64,000 nt of DNA from Vicugna vicugna (taxonomy: Eukaryota), in assembly GCA_013265495.1 (NCBI GenBank), contig MU058009.1, positions 1,862,001-1,926,000 on the forward strand. The letters run 5' to 3'. Under the pieces are notes generated by a model. That model saw nothing but the letters and a program-made list of their open reading frames with translations. It made no database searches and was not told the origin of the DNA. The translations under genes were made by a program, and so were the position numbers. Shown here one piece after another: positions 1 through 11,800 of the stretch (its first letter is position 1; every line of letters begins with the position of its first letter).

Positions 1-2020
1 CCCTTGGAACGTTTGGTTCCATTTCTTAACCTCCTTCCAGCCACGGAGGATTATTTCTTATTGCAGCGGAACCCATTCATAACTCTCATTCCAGAGGACA
101 GACGAATGCCCAGCAAGCTCTTTATAAAGAGTTTATTGTGTGTCATTGTGGTGTCTGTGGGGGAAGCGATGTAAAAATAGCAATGATAATGCCTCGCACG
201 TATTGAACACTCGTCACGAGCCGAGGTCTGTTCCGGGCAGCTGTATGTGTCGCTGCGTTCGGTCCTCACGACCGCCGAACTAGGCAGGTGCTGCTAGTAG
301 CCCCTTTTGTACGTGAGGAGCCTCCAGCTTAGAGAGACTGGGTAAACTGATGGCCGTCACAAAGCCAGTCGATGGTAAGAGGCAGGTCTCCTTCTAAAGT
401 CTCGTTTACATAACAAGTTAGATTGAATGAGGTGGTCCCAGCCTTACTCTGTCCTCCATAGTTTTGCGTCTGCAATAACCAAACGCATCTGGTTCTTGGC
501 CATTCCATGCACATGACTGTCTCATTTCTAAAAGCGTAGCTGCACTTCCACACTTTGGCACAGAGCTGTCTCAGTATCGCCACCACCCCTGCATTTTTTT
601 TTTTTTTTTTTGGTCTGGAACTGTTTCAGAGCTGGAAGGAATAGTCGCCCAAGCCTGAAGTCAGAGGTTCTAGGCAGTTGGATGATGCTTCCAAAATTCT
701 TTCTTCGTCGTCTGGCCTGGAAGGGCACACGGTTTCTCTGAGGCACACAACCAAACGCCCACAGCTGGGTGAGGCAGCCTCTCCGGTCCAGCGTCCCTTC
801 CATGACTTGAGACTAAAAATAGGAGCGTCTGACAGCCCGTTCCCTGCTCCAAGCCCTGGCACCCAAATCCCTAAGTCCGTCCATTCGGTCACAGGGAGCA
901 GGGAAAGGATTGTTTAGAAAGACTTTTTAGCCTCCAACACCCATGTCAAGCTGACTGCATCCTTTGTAAAAGCAGATCGCAGCCTTCTTGATAGCACGTC
1001 TGAGTTTCCTCAGGAGAACCCCAAAAAGGATCACAAAAATGCCTACATTTTCCAAAATAAAACTCCCGAATTTGCTCAAAACAAAGGAATGTGTCTAGTT
1101 TTAGGAAAGAAGGGAGAATTTTTTACCTGCAGCAACAACCAAAAAAAAAAAAAAATCCCCAGAAAACGCGTACTACCAGACGGGTCTTGCATTAACGTTC
1201 AACTTCAGACAGTTGTGTATCAACACTCTGCGACAACAGAAAATTCAATGTTTCATGCCCCGTGTCGAGTTGTACTTTCTTGAATATGTGTAAAGGAATG
1301 CGAAAGTTACTCTGGGGAGGACTGTCACCCTCACGCCCTTCCCAGCTTCCAGTTCCTCCCCCCAGCCGTGAACATCCAAGCACCTCGCCCACCTGTAAAC
1401 CCAAAGGACATCACAGCAGGAAGGAACAGGGCTAGTTTTCCCCCAGGGTGTGGCAGGCTACAAGATGCAGACCAAATCTGGCCACCGCTGGCCCCTGGAC
1501 AACACAGAACAAAAACCAAAAGGAATGTACAACAGAGACCATATTTACCCACAAAGACTGAAGTGTTTACTATCTGTTCTTTATAAAAAGTTTGCTAACT
1601 CCCCTTCTAGTTCAACTCCTTCATTTTTCCGATGACAGAATCAAGGTCCAGACACATAAAGTCACTCACCCACGGTTACAGAGGGAGCCGGACGCAAGAC
1701 CAGGGCGTGGTCCCCAGCCCCATGCACCTGCCGTGACGTTGTGTGGGCCCCGAAAACTCCAGAACCTCAAACATGGCTGCTGGGAGGGCATTCTGTCCGA
1801 ACTTCGTCGCACCCTAACTCCAGGAAACGACTACGGTCCTGCATGATTGGCCCCCAAAATGAGTGGCATTAGCTTTTTTATTTCTCGCTCCAGGAGTCAG
1901 CTGTCCCTGCAACCTTCTCCCCGTCTCCTCCCCGCCCCACTCCCTTCTCATCCCACCTTGTCCTCTTGATCTCAGAAGAGTGGCTTGGTCATAACCTGAT
2001 GCCTTTGCTTCATCTTTCAG

Positions 2021-2086
2021 GTTCACTGTTAGCCTATAACACAACCTCCCACACGGACCCGTCCTCGCGACTGAACGTCAAGGAAG
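2021..2086 (+). CDS. FLI1: FLI1 internal coding exon (human exon 5), 66 bp, phase 1-1
   Basis: Acceptor catctttcag| and donor |gtgagt. Translates (S)[21 protein letters not shown](D), matching recalled human FLI1 [23 protein letters not shown]. Exons 1-4 lie upstream of the window. Confidence 0.96.
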
Positions 2087-3481
2087 GTGAGTCTCTTCTC
2101 TCCGGCAAGTAGAATCATCCTCAGGGCCAGCCCGGCACCGTCCCCGGTGCTGAGAGCGGGCGGGGGACCTCAGGAGTGTGCCTCCACGCTCTTGTTCCAC
2201 TCAGCCTTCCTAGAAGCCTGCGTGGACAAGGGGACCCCCTCTTGTGCCGTCTGGCTGCGAAAACGCGACAGGGTTTTTAAATATCTTGTCATAATATTGT
2301 AAAGATATGACTTGCGGTTATTACTCTGGGAAAGAAAGCGTGTGGCTCCTGGAAGGAAACGGATACCGCCCACTTTCAAAGCTGAAAGGTGCAGGTTTTC
2401 TCTGTTGAAGGGAAGGAAATGAAGATTTCAGGGATTCTTGTGATGGCACATTCTCATTGGGTTTTGTTTCGTTTTGTTTTCGTAAGAAATTATAGCGATT
2501 CCAGTTCCTTTTTAAAGTGGTGATTTGGGGATTTGGTCTAGTCGGTTTGGTTTGTTGGAGAGAGAAAGAAAACTGTCTCAGCAAACGGATTTTGCCGGTG
2601 AGGAATTTAGCGAACGTCACAGTAGCATTTCTCTGCATCTTTATTTATGAAACAACATTGTGGAGATTTCCTGCTCTGGACACTGTTAGAGTCTAGGCGT
2701 TTAAACAAGTGAGTGATTCGTGGTACCTGGTTTAAGGGAGAAAAAATGTGAGTTAAGCAAAATCTGCCCTAGGCAAAAGAAAAATTCCATGGAGCGGGGC
2801 ATTTTGAGTGGGGGCTTGAAGAATGAATAGGAGTGTGGCAGGCACCCTCTCTTCCTCGGCTCTGCCTCCTTCGGTACCTTTTCTTTGATGCACACCTGCC
2901 ATATAGAATGCAGGAAAGCAGAAGTTTTTCAGTATTGGGTGCGTGGAGTTAGCACAGCACAGTATTTCAGAGAAACATGAAGCTCTTCTAAGAGAAGAAA
3001 CTTAGAGGCCATTTGATTCAAAAATCGTCACGGATTCTGGAGGAAACACAGAGCCAGTGAGCCTGGGTGTCTTGGCCAAGGTCACACTATGATCATCAGA
3101 TGATGACCAGACTGTGCCGTGGAAGAAATCTTCAACATAATGAATCTGCTTTTAAAGTTTCATGCTTTTCTGTGGCTTTCTTCCCCTTGCCCGACCCTGG
3201 GCTAGTTCCTGTTTGTGTTACTGTTTTCCTTTCAAAATCAGAGTTATTGGTTTTTTCCATAAAAAACCCTGAAGTCGCATTGACTCATCCCACAATCCAA
3301 ACCACATTTTATTAGGTGACCCGCTTACCATCATGTTGCAAACATCTGTAAGAGAGAAAAAGTGTTACAGTGACAGGCACGTTAGGTTGGAAGTTGGAGC
3401 ACCTTTGGTTTACATTGGGGAAATCTCTTCAAGCCCTGAACCTCAGTTTCCTGTCAAATAAAGGGGCTGAACTAAACTGGT

Positions 3482-3528
3482 AAGAGTCACACCTAAAAAA
3501 AAAAAAAAAAAAAAAAAAGAGTCACACC
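3482..3528 (+). mobile_element. Solo poly(A) retrotransposition scar with 12-bp target-site duplication
   Basis: AAGAGTCACACC - T(A)22 - AAGAGTCACACC. Confidence 0.75.
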
Positions 3529-4814
3529 CTGACTGTTGAGCTCTTGGCTTCTAAAGAAGAGCTTCAGGGCCCCTGTGCTCTAATCTGGTTACTTACTGAG
3601 CCTCGTTGCATTTGCAGTAAAAATCCATGTCTTGGAAGGAAGGAAGAGGGGTAGGGAGGAGGCAGAGAGGAAAGGAGGAAGGAGGCAGGTGGGCGGCCCC
3701 TGCAAGTCCCTCCAGCTCTGCAGGATGAGGCCTGCCAACGCCAGAGTGAACCAGTGAGGCTCTGGGGCAGAGCCAATGAGAGAGAATCTGAAACTGGACT
3801 TAAAATATGATGTTCATTGTCTGGGTTGAGCTGCACAAATGAAGGACTCATTCATCCCCAGGGGGCCTTGCTTTCAGCCTCTCCCCTACCTGTGCTGTGG
3901 CTCTTGCTCCCCTCGGTCCTTCTGTCTGCGGGGCGCCTTTGTCACCACCACCAGCTCTTTCGGGCCTTTGCAGGAGCTGCTCCCACGTGCTCTGGGCCGC
4001 AGCCCCTCTTCTGAAATGAATGAACAGCAGCAAGCAGGCCAATGCCCGTCCAGCCCTCAGTCAGAAGGTGCAGGGCGTTTATCTCCCAGCATCGGCCCAG
4101 GCCTCTAAGAACCCTGAAGCCTGTGTTCTGCAGGTGCATCCTTTGTCCCCAGTAAGTAACGCTTGCCACTTGAGCTGCCTTGCTGCTCGGCTGCCTCCCC
4201 CGTGCTGAGGTGGTCTGGATCTGTCTAAAGGGCCCATCCATCCCACAAAGCAAAGTACATTAGCAAGACAAAGCTCTCCTTTTCCCCCTCCTCCCCACCC
4301 CTCTGTCTCTGCCTTTCTCTAATAGCCATCTTTAGTTCTTCAGATATTAAATGGAAAAATAAAGAGACGACATCATGCAACCTTAGCTCCATCTTGTTTG
4401 AATAAGGCACACACAGCCCCAAACAAACCCAGAGTCGATCAAGAGCACCGTGCATGCGTGTGTGTGTGCGTGCATGTGTTCCACAAAGGGCAGGTGCTCG
4501 CATCAAGCACAAAGGGGAGAAGTCGAGGTCTGTGCACGTTTCTTCATGCATTTATCGAATGAAAATACCTCTTTACTTTCAAATGGCATAATCACCCTTC
4601 CAGCTTGTCTCCTGAAAACGATTGTACTCTCTAAGGGTTATTTGCGCCCAGGAAGGAAGACTAGATTTTGAAAGTTCATTTATAACAGTCTTTAAGCTTC
4701 TTTAAATTAAATATTCTGTGGTCACAGATTGGACCCAGCCAGAACCATTGTGCTCTCTCTACCTGTTAGCGAGGCCAATGCACTTAAGAAAATAAATTAG
4801 GGTGGAAGTGATTG

Positions 4815-5000
4815 TTACCCAATATCTCAGACACTTTTCACCTGCTTTGCCTCTGTTTTTGAGCCTGGCAGCATCCGTGGGAGGTTGATTGAAGTACCTC
4901 CATTTTGCAGACAGAGAAAGTGAGATTCAGGACCATTCAGAGGTTCATTGGGGCAGAGCCAGGATTCAAACCCAGGTTGCAGGATTCAAAATCCCGTGCT
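4815..5000 (-). mobile_element. MIR SINE remnant
   Basis: ccattttgcagacagagaaagtgag...ggcagagccaggattcaaacccagg resembles the reverse MIR core. Confidence 0.6.
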
Positions 5001-5269
5001 TCAGATAGTTTCCCAACAAACACAGCCTTTCCCTTCTAACTGGCTTCTCATGAAAACAACCTTGCCCAAATATAGTGTGGGCAGAGATTTGAATTTTTCC
5101 CATTATTTTTCTCTGCCCCTGCAATTTTCTCATTGTCATCTCCATCCGCATCCCTGCACTATTCTCTCTCCAGAGATGAATTCATACATAACCCCTGCTT
5201 GGCACCACCCCCTAGTCCTCACTGCACAGAGAATGAGCTGGAGAACTTTTTAAAATACTGATGCCCCAA

Positions 5270-5530
5270 GAAAAGTACCGTATGACCTCACTCATAGGAG
5301 GTACTTGAAGTAGGCAGATTCACGGAGACACGAAAAGTGGAATGGCGATTGCCAGGGCCTGGAAGGAGGGCAGAATGGGGAGTTACTATTTAATGGACAC
5401 AGAGTTTCAATTTGGAAAGACGGAAGAGTTCTGATGGTGACAGCTGCACAATGTGAATATTGTTAATGCCACAGAAAGATGGTCAAAATGATAAATTCTA
5501 CACAATGTGTGTTTTACTGCGGTGAAAAGG
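5270..5530 (+). mobile_element. Old L1 (L1MB-like) 3' end
   Basis: gtggaatggcgattgccagggcctgg...aatggggagttactatttaatggacacagagtttca...gtgaatattgttaatgccac is typical of an L1MB 3' UTR. Confidence 0.7.
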
Positions 5531-5534
5531 CAAA

Positions 5535-6410
5535 AGTACATGAAAAGATGCTCAATGCCGCTAATTATTAGAGAAATGCAATGAAAACCCCAATGAGGTA
5601 TCATCTCGCACCAGTCAGAGTGGCCTTCATCAAAAAGTGTACAAACAATACATTCTGGAGAGGGTGCAGAGAAAAGGGAACCCCTTCTATGCTGTCGCTG
5701 AGAATGTAAATTGGTGCAGCCATTGCGGAAAACAGTATGGAGAGTTCTTAAAAAACTGAAAATAGACTTACCCACAATCCCACTCCTGGGCATGTATCCA
5801 AGAAGACAAAAACACTAATTCTAAAAGATGCATGCACCCCAGTGTTTATAGCAGCACTATTTACAACAGCCAAGACGTGGAAACAGCCTAAGTTCCCACC
5901 CGTAGACAGTTGGGTTAAGAAGATGTGACATGTATACACACACACAGGATGGAGTATTACTCAGCCAAAAGAAAGAATGAAATATTGCCGTTTCCAGCAA
6001 CATGGATGGACCTAGAGATGATCATACTAAGTGAAAGAAGTCAGACAGAGAAAGACAAATATTATATGATGTCACTTATATGTGGAATCTAAAAAAAACA
6101 ATGCAAATGAATCTATATACAAAACAGAAACAGACTCACAGAGAAAACACACTTCTGGTTACCAAGGGGGAAAGGCGGAGGGGAGAGGGATAAATTAGAA
6201 GTTCAGGATTAACAGACAGAAACTACTATACATAAAACAGAGAAGCAACAAGGATTTACTGTATGGCGCAGGAACAATAGCCAACATCTTGTAATAACCT
6301 ACAACGGAAAATAATCTGAAAATTATATATACGTATAACATGTAATTATCAATGTATATGTACCTGAAACTGAAAGTTTTTTCAGTTATAGATACAACTG
6401 GAAAAAAAAC
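5535..6410 (+). mobile_element. 5'-truncated L1: ORF2 C-terminus and 3' UTR, artiodactyl type
   Basis: acatgaaaagatgctcaa...ccagtcagagtggcc...gcagcactatttacaacagccaagac...atggatggacctagagatgatcatactaagtgaa...tggttaccaagggggaaagg. Degenerate. Confidence 0.9.
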
Positions 6411-6429
6411 TGCAAAAGTAAACACAAGA

Positions 6430-6555
6430 AAATGTTTTAAAATGCTGCCAACACGACCAGTTGATTCAGAATCTCTAGGCGTGGCACGCGGGCTGGGGGA
6501 TTTTTTTTAAAGCTTTCCAGGTAACTTAAACCTGCAGCGCAGGCTGAGCAGTGAG
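6430..6555. mobile_element. MER5-like hAT DNA transposon fragment; the other half appears to be at ~5210-5268, split off by the L1 insertions
   Basis: gattcagaatctctagg...ttttaaagctttccaggtaac...gcagcgcaggctgag, and gctggagaactttttaaaatactgatgccc at ~5238-5266. Confidence 0.5.
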
Positions 6556-6969
6556 GTCATACAATACAGACACAAACCTGAAGGGAACAGGGATGCCCAT
6601 CTCAGAGACAGCTAGGTGTTCTCGGAGACACACTGGGCCGTTTAGCTTGACCTTTCCTGGCCCCAAATCGACCTAGAAAAGAAAGAGCAGGACCTCCAGG
6701 TATACTAACGAAGGAGTCGGTTGAATTGAGCACGTGGTTGTTCCTTCTTTTCCATCCTTGTGTTGATAATGTTGTAGCTATTACTGATTTTGACAGCTTT
6801 ATGTTAGTACATCACTCCACCGCTCAGACGCCCCTTTCTTACACGCCCCCATGATGTGTGTCTAAAAAGTAGATGCAGAACTGGGACGGGGGCTGGGAAC
6901 CTGATTTTATCGGGAGGACACTGAGGTTCTAGAAGTTACACGGCCAGCCCAAGAACAAAGGAGTCTTGG

Positions 6970-7700
6970 GGCCAGGACCGCGGGTTCTCTCAGCCTCGCA
7001 CTCCGACCGCCACACCCGGGGGCGAGAGTGTCCACGCTGGACGCGGGTCAGGCTCCGGCGCGCGTCCGGGCAGCCCTGCCCCGGCCCTCCCCGCGCGCCC
7101 CGGCGGGCGAGCAGCAGGCTCGCCTTCCGAGCTGCTCTGCACCCTGAGCCCTCACTTCCTTAGCGCCTCGCGCTGGATCTGTGTGAATACCTCCGACGCT
7201 CCCGGAGTCAGAGGAGACTGAGCTCCTTGTTTATTAACTCCTGGAACTCATAAGCCAGCCGGGCCCTGCCGCCGGGAAGCCTTTCAGGACCCGCGGTGGA
7301 ACGTCCTCCACGCGGCCGGCCGGCGGCCCGCGGAGCCCCCGGCCTGCAGGTGCCCGGGCTGACGGATCAACAGCCTGTCCGCCTGCGCACTAAGCGTGGG
7401 AGCGGGTGGGGGGACCACCTCTCCGCGTCCTGCGTCGTGAAATGCCTAACGGGTGCTCAAGGGCGTGCTAACGCGAACCCTGCTTCTCTCAGGGAGATTT
7501 CCAGATGGCGGGGCCCCTGCGCGGAGCAGCCGCCGCGTTTCAGCAGCCCCTCCGGGTCGGCATTTGACGCCCGTAATCTCATTTGCGCCTCTCCCCATCG
7601 CCAGGAGCCGGCGGGGCGGGCATCCTGCTACCATTCTGTAGTTCATGGAAGCGAGGCACAGAGAGGCAACGGGGCTCATCGGAAGCCCCCCGGGCCTCGG
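6970..7700. promoter_or_regulatory. Intronic CpG island in FLI1 intron 5
   Basis: Very GC-rich with dense CpG, e.g. ccggcgcgcgtccggg and cgcggccggccggcggcccgcgg. Confidence 0.7.
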
Positions 7701-9621
7701 AGTAGAGCAGGACCCAGACACAGGCCTGAGCTGTTCTTTCCTCCCTCCAAGCTGTTTCTCACCTCATTGTCTCAGCATATTCAGTTCAAGCGTCTGACAG
7801 CATAAACATTCTTTAATTAATGCTCTCAGTTTACCCAAGGCAGGCGTTCGGCTCGTATTTCAGCATCGTTGCGTACTGATTCAAAACTCAGGCTCTGGAC
7901 TCAAAGAGGCCGTGCCACCTTGGTCCGGTCACTTACTTTTTTCTGCTTCAGTTTTCTCACGTATGAAATGAGGATAATCTGAGTGTCCCTTTGGGGGTGA
8001 CATCCTGCTCCTAAGCCACTTACCGTGGTGTCTGCCACACTGGGAAGGGCTCGCTGTGTTAGCCCCAAGAATTACAGTGTAATTAGCCGTAGTATCACAG
8101 AATTATGAGAATATTTTTGAGGGTTTGCCCCATGCTGACCCTGTGCCAAGGGCTGTGAAGGATGCCACCCTGTATCCTGCGACCTGCTAACACCAGAGAT
8201 GAGACGGCCAAGTTCTTACAATCTTACTAGGGAGATATACCTATGGAACTATCAAGGAATAATACGAAACTGCATATAATCAAATAGAAAAATGTGTGCT
8301 ACGTACAAGAAGGTCCCTGCAAGTAATGAAGAGATGACAGATCATTCAATGCTGAAGTGGACCATCCACTCCAAACCTTTCAGGGGACAGAGGAGATGGG
8401 AGGCAAGAGATGGCATGAGCCCCCCCAAGACCACACTGGGAGTCAAGAGCTTCACCCAGAACCGTAGGCAGGACTCAGGCCCTCCTCCACCCCGTTCATC
8501 CATCTCTTCGTTTATTAAGAATCTACTCCATCAGGGACACTAGGCTGAGCCTCAAAAAGATGGTGCCCAACCAGCTGCCCTGTAAGGGGGTGTAGAAATG
8601 CAGACCAGTCTGTGATTCAGCACCGTGTTGGATGTAGCTGGTGTATCATCCCGTCTCGCTACATCCCCCTGCATTCTCATCCTCTAGGGGGAGCCCTTTA
8701 TGACTTAATGTTGGGCTCATGGTGAAAGAGGGGACGCCCCTGGAAGTGCCCAGCATGTTGGTGCTGGAAATGGATGCTGAACGAAGGGAAGGTGGGCACC
8801 AAAGACCCCATCAGCACGTCTGGATCTGTCCTGCATAGGGGCTGCTCGTGCTCAGGCTGGGTTTTGGGGAAGGGACTCAGTGAGCTCCTGCGGGTGTGCC
8901 CGAGTGTCCCCCGTGGGCCCCAGTGTGGGACGCAAGCATGAGCAGGGAGACTTGGGTGGGAATCTCGGGGGCTTACAAGAAACCGAAGGAAAGGAGCCCA
9001 GAGCCAGGGATTTTCTTCAGGGTCTGGGTGGGGAAGGAATAGGGGGAGGAGATGTGAAATAAGGCGGGCCCTGAGTTCATGCCCGGTAAAGCCTCAGGGC
9101 CCTCCGCGGGCAGTAGACTTTTCTCTCTGCTTTTCCACATCTCCAAAATTTTCTATGATTTAAAAGATGCCCAAGAAGTTTTGTTCTGGTGGAGAAAATG
9201 CAGACGAGGGCAGAATATTGATTCCTGTGCCCCGAGTGTGTCGCACCGAGCAAGGGTGGCAGATTTCGGGGCTCGGCACAGGAGGTGGGGGCGGGCTTCG
9301 GGCAGCATCCCGAGTGAGGGCCACTTTTGGGGAGCGCACGGCGGGGGGGCTGTGCCGGTTGGTCTGGAACACGTGTGCGTGAAGGAAAAGGCCTGTAATG
9401 CTGTGAGGTAATGCCTGTTAGTTTTAGGGTGTAAATAACATCTCTCATGTAGCAGGTGACGTGGCTCCGCGGGCCCTGTCTGTGTTAGCGGACGTGCACT
9501 TAAAATGTGAGGGTATTGAGGCCTCACGGGGGGGCCTGCTAATAAGTTTGTCATTTTATGTTTTCCCTTTATGATGAAATGCCTCTAGTCCATTTTTAGC
9601 AAAAGCAGGGATGATCTCTGA

Positions 9622-9877
9622 GTGTGTGTGTGTGTCTGTGTATGTGTGAGTGTGTGCTGTTTCTGTGTCCAAAGGCAAGATTTATGATTATTGAACAGAC
9701 AGTAGCTTGCTCTCTCCGTTTTTTTTTTTATTATTATTGTTTTCCTTTGAAATTCCAGAGTTAATGTTTTGTCTGCTTTCGAGCTGACCTTCTTTGGAGA
9801 GCTGAGTGTGTGTGTGTGTCCACCAGAGAGAGATTGAGAGAGAGAGAAAGAGAGAGAGAGAAAGAGAGAGAGAGAGA
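9622..9877. repeat. (TG)n and (TG)n(AG)n microsatellites
   Basis: Imperfect TG run at 9622-9656; TG followed by AG repeats at ~9805-9877. Confidence 0.9.
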
Positions 9878-11119
9878 GGTCTGGAAACAAAGAATCTTTG
9901 TCTGTAAGCTGTAGCAGGCAGGAAACCCCAATCCCGAGGGAATTTAGCCAGCCAGCCCTGTCCTGGAGTCAGATTCCAGCTCTCTGAATTCAATTTGACA
10001 GCTTGTCTGGGACACTTTCTAAGTAACCATTATCCTTCCTTTCTCTGAGTAAAAGAACTGTTATTTTGTGCCGTGGCTGTGCTGTGTGCACCGTTATCAC
10101 ATGTGTGGGTTCCACAGCGACTAGGACACACTTTCTCTAAATTGTTGGAAACGCTTAGCCTGTTTCCTAAGACAAGTGTAAATTTGTTCCAGGATAACAG
10201 CTTTCAGCGTTGCCCCGTGGCCGCGTTAGAGGCGGGTAGAGAGGGGTCTCATTGGGGTAGTTCGTTTAGTTCCACTTAAGGCATAAATCCCCTTCTTTGA
10301 AAGAGCTCTTCTGTCTCAGGAATCATTCAAATTGTGTTCATTCTATTCTTTTAAAGACTTTTTTTGGAAATGTGTGCAGAGATCTCTTCCCATGATCATT
10401 CCCCCTCAGTTTCTGTGTCTGATGGATGCATTGATGACTTGAAAAGAAGTACACCACCATAGGTCTGTCTTATTTGGGGAGAGAATTCCGAGGTCGGTGC
10501 CTGTCAGCTGCCGGACCCTGGGGTTGGGGGGGCAGTCAGGCACAACTGGGGTGACCACCCGGAGTACAGCAGGCATCTCTCCGTCCTGTCTCCTCTGCCA
10601 CTGACATCAGCTGACTTTGCTGCCACTGCCTGAGGGTTTGTGAGGCAAAGCCCACCCTCTCCTGAGTGTGCATAATTGCAGGCCGTCCGGGTCCAGCTGT
10701 GCAGAATGACCAGGGGCACCGTCCAGCACGGCCCAGGTCACTTTGGGGTCTGGGGTCTGACAGCTTGGCCGACAGCACAGTGTTGCCCATTGAGGTTCTG
10801 ACCAAAAAAATGTGTCCTTCTGATGTGAATGGATTCCTCTCCAGACTCTTTCCAAACAGAATTTTGAATGTCTCCTCATTCTCTCTTTGCCTGGCATCCC
10901 TTCCCTGGCTGTCTCAGCCCCACCCCATCCGCATCCTAGGAGCCACACTCACTTCCCACAGCCCAGGTCAGAGGACGCCTCCTCCGCCACCCCTTCCCCC
11001 GGCGCTTCGCTTGAACCCGCTGTTCCCAGGGTAACATCTGACGGAGCCAACCCAACGGCTGCTGGTCTTGCAAAACTTGAAGCATCTTGGAGGTGGGGAC
11101 GGAGCCTTAGAAAAGGCCA

Positions 11120-11172
11120 CTGGATGGATGATGGATGCATGATGGATGGAGCATGGATGGAGGGTGGATGGG
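11120..11172. repeat. Degenerate (GGAT)n simple repeat
   Basis: tggatggatgatggatgcatgatggatggagcatggatggagggtggatgg. Confidence 0.75.
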
Positions 11173-11624
11173 GGACTGATGGAGAAAAAGTATAGACAAA
11201 GTGCCTTAAGCTACTCCTCACAAGCTTACTGCGACACTCACCCTTCGTGACGTTTCTAAGTCTGAGGGTGACAATGTGGCCTCGTCCACTGCGAGGAAGG
11301 AAGCTGTACTCGCCTTTTCCTCTCTACTTGCCATCAAGTTCCCCTTCACCTGACCTCAAGGTGATTCCTCGGAGGCTGTGATCGGTCCCATCCAGGAGTA
11401 GAGGGAAGAGCTTGCCGAGGGCAGATCTCAGGCACAAGACGAGGTCTCCACTGCACCCTTTTGCCCCATTTTTTTATCAGCTTAGACTCCCCTGGGGGCC
11501 CCTGCAGATCTGGGTCCTCTTGCTGTGTGTGCCCACACATTTTGGGACAGTCGTACTGCAGGGAAAAGTTAACTCCCGCTCACTTCCGCCCTCCTTCTCT
11601 TACCTTCCTTACCCCCCCCCCATA

Positions 11625-11800
11625 ATGATAACAGCTCCCATTGACTGAGGGCTTACTCTGTGCCAGGAACGTTCCTGTTCACTTCACCTGTGCACGTCAC
11701 TGACAACCTCGTGTTGTTGGCATGACTGTGTTCCCATTTTGCCTATGAGAAGGCACAGATAGGTTAAGCCCAGATCACCGAGACAGCAGGAAGCAGAGCA
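11625..11800 (-). mobile_element. MIR SINE remnant
   Basis: ataacagctcccattgactgagggcttactctgtgccagg...ttcccattttgcctatgagaaggcacagataggttaag. Confidence 0.6.

Noticed and set aside
5407..5945. Minus-strand ORFs of 128 and 65 aa
   Set aside because: Antisense translations of a degenerate L1.
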